A DNA stretch of 64,000 nt from a bacterium (GCA_040390065.1 JAZJZE010000010.1:1-64000), one strand, 5' to 3'; positions 29,092 to 38,337 are shown, numbered from the stretch's first letter. A program made the numbers and translations. Notes: generated by a model not told the origin, from the letters alone.

Positions 29092-29745
29092 TTATTTCTT
29101 GGGTCCGAAGGCGCGCTTGTCGCGCGCGGTTGTCAGGTGGGACAGGAAGTGGTTGGCGTCGTGGTGGTGCTCGACGTCGTTGTACGGAACGGGGTGCGCG
29201 CGACCGCCGTCGCGGTCCAGCTCGATCGCGGCGCGCTTGCGAGGCTTGCCGTTCGCGGTGGGTCCGCGGAGCATGTCGTAGGCCGCCAGCTTGAAGCGCG
29301 TCACCTTCGACGCCTTCCCGGTCTTGTAGTCGAATACCCACTCGTATCCGCGCCAGAGCATGGCGATATCGAGCGTGCCTGCGAATCGGTAGAGCGGGTG
29401 CCAGCGCATCTCCTCGACGCCCAGGATGACTGCGCCGTCGGCCAGCTTCTCGGCCAGCCAGTCGAGGCCGCTCTGCCGCCAGCCGAACAGATCCGGGTCG
29501 ATGAATGGATAGGGCTGGATGCCGCGCGCGGCGCTCGCCAGCTCGGCGTGGACGGCGATGCCGCGGCTGCTGTGCTCATCGGTGTACCAGTCGTCGTTCT
29601 CGAGGCCGACCTCGACCTCGACCTCGGTCGCGCCGATCAGGTTCTCGGGAGCCTTGGGCGGGTCGATCAGCCAGTACTTGTGATCGTCGTCGCGGGTGAG
29701 CAGGGGCTCGGCGGGGGCGCTCTGCGGGGGGGCGGCGGCTTCCAT
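29092..29745 (-). CDS. PD-(D/E)xK exonuclease, probable RecT partner
   Basis: RGIAVH, FAGTLD...VFDYKTG...LAAY. Confidence 0.8.
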   Translation of the reverse strand: MEAAAPPQSAPAEPLLTRDDDHKYWLIDPPKAPENLIGATEVEVEVGLENDDWYTDEHSSRGIAVHAELASAARGIQPYPFIDPDLFGWRQSGLDWLAEKLADGAVILGVEEMRWHPLYRFAGTLDIAMLWRGYEWVFDYKTGKASKVTRFKLAAYDMLRGPTANGKPRKRAAIELDRDGGRAHPVPYNDVEHHHDANHFLSHLTTARDKRAFGPKK

Positions 29746-29804
29746 GGGGATCCTCGTGGCCAGGCGCGCCGGTCGTCACGACCCCGGCGCGCCACGGCCT
29801 GGAA

Positions 29805-31070
29805 TCAGGCGATCGCGGCGATCCAGCGGTACTTCACGCCGTCCTTCTCGAGGTCGCGGCAGGTGCCGGCCAGGTCGGTGCCGGCCTTCTGCGCGGCCTT
29901 GGCCGCCTTGAAGATCGCCTCGTCCTGGGTGAAGTGCTTCTGCTGGTCGGGCTCGGCGCGGATCACGTAGGCGTCCTCGCCGAAGTATTCCGTGGAGGCG
30001 GCGGAGTAGACCTTGAACTTGAACGGGATGTCCTTGCTCGCCGGAGTCTCCTCCTTCACCTTGAAGACGTCGACGGCCTTGGCGGTCTTCGCGGCCACCG
30101 CCTTCCAGGCCTCCGTCGCCGCCTCGGCCTTCTCGAAGTCTCCGCCGGGCTGCTGCGCGACCCACGCGTCGAACTGCTCATGCGGGACGCCCTGCTTCTT
30201 GGCGGCGTCCTTGGCCCAGGCCAGCTTCTCGGCCGGCGTCGGCTGATGCCCGCTCGGGGTGGGCGGCGGGGTGTACTTCTTGGTAGTCTCGTCGGGATGC
30301 GCTTTCGCGGTGGGGTCGGCGAGCAGGTGCAGGTTCTGCGGCAGTTCCAGCTCGGCGCGCTCGTCGAGAGCCACAGCGCGGCTGAGGTCGTCCGACTCGA
30401 TGCCCGGGTTGAGCTTGGCGAGCGGGCGGATGACCGACTTCTTATACATCCAGTCGGGGTCGTTCTTCCACGGGCCATCGTTGGCGGCCATCGACTTCGC
30501 CTTGCTCGTCCGGTTGATCTCGTCGACCGTCTTGTAGATCACGCCCGTGAGCACTCCGGCCTTGTTCCACGAGGCCGAGACGTATCCTAGGACGGCGCCT
30601 CGGTCGCCCTTGGCCGGAGTCCACTCGAGGAACGGTCCGTTGGCCTTGACGCCGTAGGCGAATATGTCCTTTTCGCGCACGGCCTCGGCGACGACCGTCT
30701 CGACGCCGGCGTCGCGCTTCATCATGAGGATGATGGCGCGGTAATCGACGATCAACGTGCACTCCATCTGCTGGGTGTGACCGTTCTTGCGCGGGATGAG
30801 CCAGGTGCCGCCCGCGCCGGCGCCGGCCGGCAGGCGGAGCCGCGCCGACTCCATGACGCAGCCGAGCACCGATGCCGTAGTGCAGTCCTTCAGCTTCGGC
30901 ACGCGGCTGACGGCGGTCATGGCGATCTGGAACAGACGCTCGACGCTGATGTGCTTGCCGAGCAGGGCGGCCATCTGGCCTTTGTGCTGGGCGATCATCT
31001 GCTCCATGCGCGCGACGGCGGGGTCCTGCTTGACGATCTCTCCGGTCTTGGCTTCGGCTCCTGTGGTCAT
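29805..31070 (-). CDS. recT: RecT-family recombinase with C-terminal extension
   Basis: PKLKDCTTASVLGCVM...WLIP...VDYRA...VREKD.F...GPW...WMYKKSVIR. Confidence 0.88.
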   Translation of the reverse strand: MTTGAEAKTGEIVKQDPAVARMEQMIAQHKGQMAALLGKHISVERLFQIAMTAVSRVPKLKDCTTASVLGCVMESARLRLPAGAGAGGTWLIPRKNGHTQQMECTLIVDYRAIILMMKRDAGVETVVAEAVREKDIFAYGVKANGPFLEWTPAKGDRGAVLGYVSASWNKAGVLTGVIYKTVDEINRTSKAKSMAANDGPWKNDPDWMYKKSVIRPLAKLNPGIESDDLSRAVALDERAELELPQNLHLLADPTAKAHPDETTKKYTPPPTPSGHQPTPAEKLAWAKDAAKKQGVPHEQFDAWVAQQPGGDFEKAEAATEAWKAVAAKTAKAVDVFKVKEETPASKDIPFKFKVYSAASTEYFGEDAYVIRAEPDQQKHFTQDEAIFKAAKAAQKAGTDLAGTCRDLEKDGVKYRWIAAIA

Positions 31071-31717
31071 TGGTTGTCTCTCTCCCTTTGGTGCTTCCAA
31101 AAATGCCCGCCAGCCCGGATGCGCTGCCCCCTGATGACGCGGGAAATCGCGCTCGAATGGATCCCGGTGGCGCGTGCGGCATCGTTGACGGATTTAAAAT
31201 AGGCCGTGTTGTTCGCGGATCCATCCATCCGAATAACTGGCTTGAGCATGAAGTCTGGGTGCTCTTGGCGATATCGACGTCGGTCTGCGCCAGTCTTCTC
31301 TCGCCTCTCTGCAGACCACGGCTTCCGATTATCCTGCAGCCGCTTGACCGTTGCGACCCTCTGCTCGGGCGTCATCCTTGCCCACTGTTCTTTGCCTTTT
31401 ATCGATAGGTTCGCTCGCGCCGCGAGAGGGAATGTCTTTCCCTTGCCGCCGGTTCCTCCGGGCGTCATGTTGTATTCGGGCCGGAGCGTGGCGATATGAT
31501 GAATCTCTCGTGCGTCAAGGTCCTCGACGATGCATCGCTCTAAGACGGCGAATTCGAAGGCATCTTTGCCGTGCTTCCTGAAGGCGCGCCCGATCACGCT
31601 CCTGGCCTGGTGGGTCTTGGTGCGGTGTTGGATGAAGCGTTTGTGGAAGTTGCGCGTCTGCCCGATGTAGCGATTGCCGGTCTCGGTGTTGGTGATGATG
31701 TAAATCCCGCTCTCCAT
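31067..31717 (-). CDS. GIY-YIG homing endonuclease with NUMOD-type tail
   Basis: SGIYIITN...RYIGQT...R..QH; C-terminal YFKSVNDAARATGI...I; visibly lower GC. Confidence 0.88.
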   Translation of the reverse strand: MESGIYIITNTETGNRYIGQTRNFHKRFIQHRTKTHQARSVIGRAFRKHGKDAFEFAVLERCIVEDLDAREIHHIATLRPEYNMTPGGTGGKGKTFPLAARANLSIKGKEQWARMTPEQRVATVKRLQDNRKPWSAERREKTGADRRRYRQEHPDFMLKPVIRMDGSANNTAYFKSVNDAARATGIHSSAISRVIRGQRIRAGGHFWKHQRERDNQ

Positions 31718-31734
31718 CCCTTCGCCCCTCTCTC

Positions 31735-31774
31735 AAAATCGGCTGGCCAGCCCCTAGAAGGCTGGCCAGCTTTT
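31735..31774. terminator. Bidirectional intrinsic terminator after the Cro-like gene
   Basis: 11-bp stem GCTGGCCAGCC/GGCTGGCCAGC flanked by AAAA and TTTT. Confidence 0.65.
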
Positions 31775-31827
31775 GCCGCCGTGCGTTGCAGCGGCTCCCC
31801 TCGCCAGGGGTACGCCTTTCCTTGCGT

Positions 31828-32025
31828 TCAGATGCGGTCGACGATCCCGTGCTCGACGAGCTTCTCGACGAGCAGCGGGCTGGGTCCGGTGCGCCGGTTG
31901 AGGGAGCGGCTTACGGTGCCGGGGGAGACGCCGAGGATCCCCGCCACCTTGACCTCTCCGCCGGTCTTGTCGATGAACAGCTCGAAGCGCTTGGCCTCGG
32001 CGGGCGTCAGCTTCCTTTTCTTCAT
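31828..32025 (-). CDS. Cro-like HTH repressor
   Basis: 65 aa, GGEVKVAGILGVSPGTVSRSLNRRTGP; its own promoter carries the operator. Confidence 0.75.
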   Translation of the reverse strand: MKKRKLTPAEAKRFELFIDKTGGEVKVAGILGVSPGTVSRSLNRRTGPSPLLVEKLVEHGIVDRI

Positions 32026-32059
32026 TGGTCTCCTCGTGGCGTTGCGTCGCTCCTGCGGT

Positions 32060-32088
32060 ATTGTAGCAGATGGCATGTCATCTAGCAA
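32060..32088 (-). promoter_or_regulatory. Promoter with operator for the Cro-like gene
   Basis: TTGCTA-GATGACATGCCATCTGC-TACAAT. Confidence 0.78.
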
Positions 32089-32259
32089 TGGTGGATCGGC
32101 TCCGCCGGCGCCACTTCGGCTCGATGGGCGTGACCTCGAACCACTTGCGAGCGCGCGCGACGTGCTTGGAGCAGACGTCGAAGGTCGCGCCCCAGTGGTG
32201 TCCGCGGTAGCGGACCTTGAGGCGGCAGTTCCGCGCCCAGCGGCAGGCGCTTGTGCTGC

Positions 32260-32826
32260 TCATGTCGTCTTGACCTCCGCGTCGACGACGGTGCCCGCGA
32301 GCGCCGCCGCGCAGATGCTGCAGTCCGGGCGGCACGGGCCGTCCACGGCAGGGCGGTGGACGCTCTTGCCGCGAAGCGCCTGCAGGTCCTTCTCGTAGCC
32401 GTCGGCCCAGCGCGTCGCGCTCTCGGCCTTCGACCGCTCCTCGCGGATCATGCGCTCGAGGCGCGCGACCTGGCGCTGGTAGTTCGGGCGCGCGGTCTCG
32501 CGGACGTAGTAGACGGGGCTGCTTCCGCCCATCGGTATGTAGGCGCGGTCCTCGTCGGCGTAGACGTCGTACTCGTCCTGGTGGCTGCGCCGGGCGGTGC
32601 CGAGGTCGAGCATGAAGGTCAGGCGCTCCTTGAGCGCCGGCGTGATCGGGTAAAAGTTTATCTCGAGCGCGCCGAAGTTGGGCGCCCCCCAGTATGTATC
32701 AACGGCGACGAGGTCGGGCTTCTCCTTGCTCCCGATGTTGCGGATGTGGACGATGCCGTGCCGGCACCAGCCTCCGCCGCCCTCGAGGCGGTACAGCTCG
32801 TCTTCCTTCGGCTCGCGCGTGCTCAT
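32260..32826 (-). CDS. Hypothetical protein
   Basis: MSTREPKEDEL...WCRHG...DTYW; coupled ORF. Confidence 0.6.
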   Translation of the reverse strand: MSTREPKEDELYRLEGGGGWCRHGIVHIRNIGSKEKPDLVAVDTYWGAPNFGALEINFYPITPALKERLTFMLDLGTARRSHQDEYDVYADEDRAYIPMGGSSPVYYVRETARPNYQRQVARLERMIREERSKAESATRWADGYEKDLQALRGKSVHRPAVDGPCRPDCSICAAALAGTVVDAEVKTT

Positions 32827-33068
32827 CCTCTCCTCCCGGGTCCAATTTCGAATCCGGCGAAGCGGCTGGCCTCGACGCGCAGCTCGGCGGTCTCGCCTTC
32901 CGAGTCGACGTAGTAGAGCCGCCGCGCGCCGAGGCCTGACCTCACCATCTGCTCGACGACCCACTCGGCGTCGTTGGTGATGGTCGGGTGGATCGTCCAC
33001 GGCCCCTGGTCGAGGAGCGTGATCGACGAGTCGTCCTGCTTGAGGATGGCGAAGTTAGCGTGCCTCAC
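32823..33068 (-). CDS. Conserved hypothetical protein
   Basis: TITNDAEWVV...RLYYVDSEG. Confidence 0.6.
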   Translation of the reverse strand: MRHANFAILKQDDSSITLLDQGPWTIHPTITNDAEWVVEQMVRSGLGARRLYYVDSEGETAELRVEASRFAGFEIGPGRRG

Positions 33069-33310
33069 GGTTCCCTCCTCGGGCGGTTCGGAATGTCACC
33101 GAAGATGACGACCTCGCGCACCATCTTCTTGGCCTCGTCCTCGGGGATCATCGTGGCTTGGCCTTGACGGCAGATGTCCCTCGCCGAGCACGCATCGTAG
33201 CGGCCGGCCTTGTCGACGTCGATCGTGTAGCCGGCCGCCTTCGGCGCCCACCAGAGCGCCAGGTCCTTGTTGAACGTCGGCCGGTGATGGCTCAGGAGGA
33301 GGTAGCGCAC
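33065..33310 (-). CDS. Conserved phage hypothetical protein
   Basis: LWWAPKAAGYTIDVDKAGRY. Confidence 0.6.
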   Translation of the reverse strand: MRYLLLSHHRPTFNKDLALWWAPKAAGYTIDVDKAGRYDACSARDICRQGQATMIPEDEAKKMVREVVIFGDIPNRPRREP

Positions 33311-33834
33311 GCGGCCTCCCAGGCGACGGGCTTGAAGATGCGCTCGCCGCGCATCTCCGCCTTCACGAAAACGTAGACGCCCTTGCCGAGGTCAGTGAAA
33401 AGTCCGTAGACCTTCCAGTCGCAGACCTTCCCCTTCGACATCTCCTTGCCGGAGTCGCAGGTGTAGGGGCTCTTGGAGACTCCGTCGCAGGCGGGGCAGC
33501 GGAACGCTGGCGTGCCGATCGCCTTCAACATGTCGGCCGTCGTCTCGAAGACACGGACGCCATCGCCCTCGATCAGGGGCTGGTTGCAGTCCTGGTAGTA
33601 GTTCATGTACCAGTAGTCGCGCCCCTTCTCCCAGGCGTTGAGGATGTCGGTCTCCGTCAGCCCGGTCTTCTCGGCGTAGTGCTTGGCGCGCTCAACGGCC
33701 CACGCGACCTTCGCGTAGTAGTCGTGGAATAGCGGCCTGTTGTGCTTACGGTCTCTGGCCGCGTCTTCGTCGGCGGCAACCTTCAGCTTTCGGTAGCCGT
33801 CACAGTCCAGCGGCTCCGTGGTCGTGGCGGTCAT
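33292..33834 (-). CDS. Conserved phage Zn-binding protein
   Basis: WEKGRDYWYMNYYQDCNQP, FRCPAC, CDWKVYGLF. Confidence 0.7.
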   Translation of the reverse strand: MTATTTEPLDCDGYRKLKVAADEDAARDRKHNRPLFHDYYAKVAWAVERAKHYAEKTGLTETDILNAWEKGRDYWYMNYYQDCNQPLIEGDGVRVFETTADMLKAIGTPAFRCPACDGVSKSPYTCDSGKEMSKGKVCDWKVYGLFTDLGKGVYVFVKAEMRGERIFKPVAWEAACATSS

Positions 33835-34142
33835 GGCTCTCTCCTTGCTGGTCCGACGTCCTCGGCTCCCCGGTTCCTGACGTTGTGGGTGGCGCACGGC
33901 TCGCACATCGGGTAGACCTTCTGGCCGCGCTCCGATAGGACGAATCGCGCGGCCGGCGCGCCGCACGCGATGAACGTCTCGCGCGAGGCGGGGCTGGCTT
34001 CCTGGCAGGTCAGCGGGGCGTCTCCTGGCTGCGCCTTGAGCGCCTCGACGATCAAGATGGTATTCCGCGCCATCACCTTCTCGCGCATGCGCCCAGCCTC
34101 GGCCGCGCTCCACGGCTTGTTGCCGATCGGGTTGAAGGTCAT
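33831..34142 (-). CDS. Hypothetical Cys-rich protein
   Basis: 103 aa coupled ORF. Confidence 0.55.
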   Translation of the reverse strand: MTFNPIGNKPWSAAEAGRMREKVMARNTILIVEALKAQPGDAPLTCQEASPASRETFIACGAPAARFVLSERGQKVYPMCEPCATHNVRNRGAEDVGPARREP

Positions 34143-34417
34143 CGCCGTCTCTCCGGCTCCGGCTCTGGGTCGTCGAGCAGAAAGACGAAGTCGATGCCCG
34201 AGAACTCGACGCCGATGGTCTGCTTCTGGCCGTCTGGCCGCGGCCCGGCCTTGGCGTACTGTGCCAGCAGCGCCTTGCCGATGCGCTGCAGAGCCGGCCC
34301 GAGCTTGTGCTGCTCGACGATCTCCGCATCGAGATTGGCCGTCAGCGCCGGGAACGTGAAGCTCCGCGCGGCGCCGCTCTTGGGCTTGCGGCCCTTCCTG
34401 TAGACCTCGTAGCCCAT
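34139..34417 (-). CDS. Hypothetical protein
   Basis: 92 aa coupled ORF. Confidence 0.5.
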   Translation of the reverse strand: MGYEVYRKGRKPKSGAARSFTFPALTANLDAEIVEQHKLGPALQRIGKALLAQYAKAGPRPDGQKQTIGVEFSGIDFVFLLDDPEPEPERRR

Positions 34418-34418
34418 G

Positions 34419-34970
34419 CTAGATGGCCCTCGTCTCGGCGTCGGCCTCGGTGCCTTCGCAGCTGTGGAAGCCGTCGGAGGTGTCCTCCTGGCAGTGCTTG
34501 CACGGCGTCTCCGGCGGCGGCGCGCAGACCCCGCGCTCGAGCGTGGCGACGATGAACTCGAGCAGGTCCGGGTTCTTGATCTCGTAGAAGTCCGTGGCCT
34601 TCCCGTCTCTGACGCTGACAGTCGTCTGCGGCGCGTTGATCGCCTTCGCCTGCTCGATCTGGGAGCGGACCCAGTATGGCTTGCTGCGGCCGTGCCGGCA
34701 GTAGGCGATGATGTTCGGGTAGTCGACCGGCTCCTTCGTGTGCGGGTTGACGTAGTACGGCGCGACGGCCTTTGTCGGTGCGGCCTTCTTCTTGGTCATG
34801 GCGTTCTCCTTGTGGTCTCCTCCGCAGCGGCCGCAGAGGCCGAATCCTTTGCCGTCAGGCTCGTGTTCGTGGTCTGCGGTCAGCGTCTTCTTGTGCTGCT
34901 CGTGTCGACGTCGGTGCTCGGCATCGCTCCACGGCTTCTGGCCGATCGGGTTGTAGTCGCTGGCGCTCAT
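34419..34970 (-). CDS. Hypothetical protein
   Basis: 183 aa with CxxC motifs; possible internal start at MTKKK. Confidence 0.5.
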   Translation of the reverse strand: MSASDYNPIGQKPWSDAEHRRRHEQHKKTLTADHEHEPDGKGFGLCGRCGGDHKENAMTKKKAAPTKAVAPYYVNPHTKEPVDYPNIIAYCRHGRSKPYWVRSQIEQAKAINAPQTTVSVRDGKATDFYEIKNPDLLEFIVATLERGVCAPPPETPCKHCQEDTSDGFHSCEGTEADAETRAI

Positions 34971-35175
34971 CGGCTCGGCCCTCCGCGCTTCTCATCGGCG
35001 CAGTCGAAGTGTACTGGCCCGTTCTCTTGCTTCAGCCACGGCGTGGCGTATCCGATGCGCTTGCTGCAGATGAAGCAGAGCGCCGCGGCGTCGGCGTGGT
35101 GCTGGGCGCAGTCCTTGTGGCGGCATAGGCAGTCGCAGAGGTATTCGGTGCCCGGGATCGGGACGGTGATGGCGC

Positions 35176-36687
35176 TCACTTGGTCGCCGCCCGAAGCGCG
35201 CGGCGCTCGCGCCGCACGGCCTCCTGAACGGCCGCGTCGCCCTGGCCAGCCCGCTCGGCCTGCCGGAGGGCGTCGGCGGCCTCCTTTAAACGGCCCGCGG
35301 CGGCGTGGGTCCGGGCCATCTTGACCCAGGCCGCCCCCGCGTTGGCGCGCGCGGCGGCGGGATCCGACTCCTCCTGCGCCATGTAGACCATGAGGGCGTC
35401 GCCGAAGTGGCCGCCCTCCTGCAGGGCGCGTCCGTAGCGGGCGACGAAGTCGCGCGAGCTGGGGTCGATCCCCCAGGCGTGCTCCCACAGTGCGGTCGTG
35501 TCGTGCCAGGGCCGCGCCTCGCGGCGCGCCGCGGTGCCGATGAGGAGCGGCATGGCCATGGCGAGGAGCGCGAGGCGGCTGCGCTCGAGCGCGATGGCCA
35601 GGCCAGCGGCGGCTGCGACCGCGACGCCCAGGCCGGCAAAATAGGCGTGGAAGTCGTGGGTGTAGACCGGCTGGCCGGGCGCCGCGAGCAGGCAGACCGG
35701 CAGGAGCGACGCGACTGCGAAGGCCCAGGCGACGAGCAGGGCCGGGGCGGTTCGCCGCAGGACGACGAAGCCGGCGGTCAGGCCGGCGACGCCGGCGGTG
35801 GCGGCGGCTGGCGCCCAGCCCATCGGGTTCGCGGCGCCGGCGAAGGAGTAGACGGGCAGGAGGTTCATGGGCCCGATCCACTTGGCGGCGAAGAAGAGGA
35901 GCACGGTGGCGGCGTCCATTGGGCGCGGGCTCATGGCGTAGCCGTAGGCCTGGCGCTTGGCGATCGCGTTCGCCGCGACGACGAGCGCGGCTATAAGAAG
36001 GAGCGGGATCTTCTCGAGGATCGTCCGCCGCGCTTCGGGCTCGCCCCAGGCCAGCGGGCTCGCTGGCAGGCGCCGGAGCGGGTAGACGTCCAGGAGCATG
36101 GCCAGCGGGAGGAAGCAGGCCCCCTTCCAGCGGCAGAGGCCGCTCAGGATGGCCAGCGCCCAGGCGACGGCGAGGGCTCGGCCGGTGCGCTCGGGGCGGA
36201 GGTAGGCCAGCGTCGCTCCCAGGAGGAAGCAGGCCGCGAGCAGGTCGCCCTTGGCCGAGGCCCACGCGACGGCCTGGGCCTGGAGCGGGTGCATGGCGAA
36301 CAGCAGCGCGCCGAAGGCGGCGGCCGCGGCGTGGTGCCGGCCTCCGGGTCGGGCGAGGTCGAGCAGGCGCGCGGCGACCAGGCAGAGCAGCGCGGCTGCG
36401 GTCGCGTGGAGCGCCAGGACGACCGCGTGGTGGCCGAACGGAACGGCGCCGTGCTGCGCGGCGTCCAGGGCCGCGTCCACGATCCAGCCGACTGGTTGGT
36501 AGGTGCCCGCCTGGGTCGTCGTCAGCGCCCAGCGCAGGGTCGCCGCGAGCCCGTGCGGGCGCGCCGCCAGCGTCTGGAGCATGATGTCGTCGTCGTAGCG
36601 GACGAAGTGGAAGCCGAGGACGGGCCAGTGGTAGGCGGCCGTGACGGCGGCGGTCGAGGCGGCTGCGATGGCGTTCTTGGTGTTCAT
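35176..36687 (-). CDS. TMTC-like GT-C glycosyltransferase (putative protein O-mannosyltransferase) with C-terminal TPR
   Basis: FVRYDD after TM1, YQPV, FGHH, LFAMHPLQAQAVAWASAKGDLL, many hydrophobic segments, WHDTTALW and then TPR-like helices. Confidence 0.78.
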   Translation of the reverse strand: MNTKNAIAAASTAAVTAAYHWPVLGFHFVRYDDDIMLQTLAARPHGLAATLRWALTTTQAGTYQPVGWIVDAALDAAQHGAVPFGHHAVVLALHATAAALLCLVAARLLDLARPGGRHHAAAAAFGALLFAMHPLQAQAVAWASAKGDLLAACFLLGATLAYLRPERTGRALAVAWALAILSGLCRWKGACFLPLAMLLDVYPLRRLPASPLAWGEPEARRTILEKIPLLLIAALVVAANAIAKRQAYGYAMSPRPMDAATVLLFFAAKWIGPMNLLPVYSFAGAANPMGWAPAAATAGVAGLTAGFVVLRRTAPALLVAWAFAVASLLPVCLLAAPGQPVYTHDFHAYFAGLGVAVAAAAGLAIALERSRLALLAMAMPLLIGTAARREARPWHDTTALWEHAWGIDPSSRDFVARYGRALQEGGHFGDALMVYMAQEESDPAAARANAGAAWVKMARTHAAAGRLKEAADALRQAERAGQGDAAVQEAVRRERRALRAATK

Positions 36688-36688
36688 G

Positions 36689-37036
36689 TTAGCGCGCCTC
36701 CCGCTCGTCGGTTATCTTGCGGACGGTGTTGATGTTGACCGGGTAGCCGCGCTCGAAGGCGCCGGCCTTGAGCTTCTCCATCTGCTTGGCGAGCGCGCGC
36801 TGCTTGGCCTTGAGCCGCTTGTAGCGCTGCTCGTCGAGGTCGGTCATCTGGCGGGGCTCGTAGATCCGGCTCCACTGGGCCTTGCCATGGACCTCGAAGG
36901 CGGCGAGGAGACCGAGCGGCCGCTCCGCCAGGCCGCCGGCGATCTTGCCGACGCAGATGGCCGGCCACTTCTTCTTCGCCCACTCCTCGCGGGCGAGCAT
37001 GTTGTCGAGCAGCTTGACGCCTGTTCGCTGGGCCAT
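36689..37036 (-). CDS. Hypothetical protein
   Basis: 115 aa with GGAGG RBS. Confidence 0.6.
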   Translation of the reverse strand: MAQRTGVKLLDNMLAREEWAKKKWPAICVGKIAGGLAERPLGLLAAFEVHGKAQWSRIYEPRQMTDLDEQRYKRLKAKQRALAKQMEKLKAGAFERGYPVNINTVRKITDEREAR

Positions 37037-37037
37037 G

Positions 37038-37754
37038 TCAGCGGACCTCCTCGAGCGCGACCTTGATCAGCTTCTCGACGCCCATGAGGCCCTGGTCGCC
37101 GGCATTCTTGAGCATCCAGACGGCCCAGTCGTAGGCGTTCTTCTCGGCGAACCCGTTCGGGTGTTTGCGGTGGGTCAGGCCAGGCTTGGCGCGCTCGAGG
37201 TTCTCCGTGATCCAGAGTCGGCGCGCCTTCGCCAGCGCATGGTTGCGCTCCCTGTTCCGCTGGTTGATCGCCTTGCGCGTCGTCTTGATCAGGCCCTTGT
37301 CGCCGGTCTTGTTGACGCAGACGTTGCCGACGATGAACCGCTTGCCGTCGGCGCTCTCGATCGTGCAGCAGACCGCGATGCCGGTGCCGCAGTGGGCGCA
37401 GGTGCCCATAGGCTGGCCGGGCGCGCCGGCCCACATCTCGACGCCGTTCTTGACGCCGAGGAGCATCGGCCCGCGCCGCTCCTCGCAGCCGATGAACTTG
37501 AAGGGCGCGCGCCCGAGCCCGGACTTCTCGAAGGCGTGAAGGACGGACGGCTGCTCGAGTCGTTCGATGAGCGTCAGGCCGGGATACTTCGTGGCGTTGG
37601 TCTGCAGCTGGGCCTCGTGCCCGGAGCAGACGGCCGCGCCCGGCTTCCCCTTGTAGTTGAAGGGGACGCCGTCCCAGCTGTAGGCCGCGACCGTGGTGCG
37701 GTCGCAGTAGAAGGTTCCGTCGTCGTTGATCTTCTGCCCGGTGCAGGTCGCCAT
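37038..37754 (-). CDS. Hypothetical Zn-binding protein
   Basis: GTCAHCGTGI...FIVGNVCV; GGAGG RBS. Confidence 0.65.
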   Translation of the reverse strand: MATCTGQKINDDGTFYCDRTTVAAYSWDGVPFNYKGKPGAAVCSGHEAQLQTNATKYPGLTLIERLEQPSVLHAFEKSGLGRAPFKFIGCEERRGPMLLGVKNGVEMWAGAPGQPMGTCAHCGTGIAVCCTIESADGKRFIVGNVCVNKTGDKGLIKTTRKAINQRNRERNHALAKARRLWITENLERAKPGLTHRKHPNGFAEKNAYDWAVWMLKNAGDQGLMGVEKLIKVALEEVR

Positions 37755-37755
37755 G

Positions 37756-38127
37756 TTAGCGGACCTCCGCGCGAGCGATGGCGGCGCGGGCGATGTCCAT
37801 CGGTCCCTTCATGCGCGAGGGGAGGTCGACGTCATCCGCTTCGACCAAGAGGCGAAGCGCCTGCAGAATCGAGGACTTCTTGGCCTCGGCCTTCTCGAAG
37901 CTCCGGCCGCCAGCGAAGGCGTTCCAGAGCCAGCCGCGGATGCGCTTGGCCTCGTCCGCGTCGTTGCAGGTGATGTAGTCCAGGATCAGGTTGTTGTCGA
38001 CCGGCGTGCCGCGCAGCAGCGCGTAGTTGCGGACGATCTTGGCGCCTTCGAGCAGGTATGGGGAGTTCTCCGTCTCGTACTCGTCGTGGTGGTCCGGCGT
38101 CGCTTTCGTCGCCTTCTTCGTGGTCAT
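37756..38127 (-). CDS. Hypothetical early protein
   Basis: First gene behind promoter copy 2; starts MTTKK. Confidence 0.6.
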   Translation of the reverse strand: MTTKKATKATPDHHDEYETENSPYLLEGAKIVRNYALLRGTPVDNNLILDYITCNDADEAKRIRGWLWNAFAGGRSFEKAEAKKSSILQALRLLVEADDVDLPSRMKGPMDIARAAIARAEVR

Positions 38128-38200
38128 CGTTGTGGCCTCTCTAGTTGCGGCGTGTCCTTCCTCGTTAGTATAGCAGATGGCATGCCATCTGTCAAGGCCT
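38120..38200 (-). repeat. Promoter/operator/leader cassette, copy 2
   Basis: Direct repeat of 17289-17370. Confidence 0.92.
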
Positions 38201-38337
38201 GAGATTGGCGCAGAACCACCCCCGGGGGAAGGGCCCGGAGGTGGCGGCACGCGGGGAGGGCGCGCGCCCGTTAGGACTGGGTGCGGAAGATGCGCGTGAT
38301 GGTGTCTTGGACGAAGTCGATCAGGTAGGCGGCGACC

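Noticed and set aside
31067-31717. GIY-YIG (and HNH 62365-62991) as intron- or intein-encoded
   Set aside because: Neighbouring genes are intact and coupled by 4-bp overlaps, so both look free-standing.
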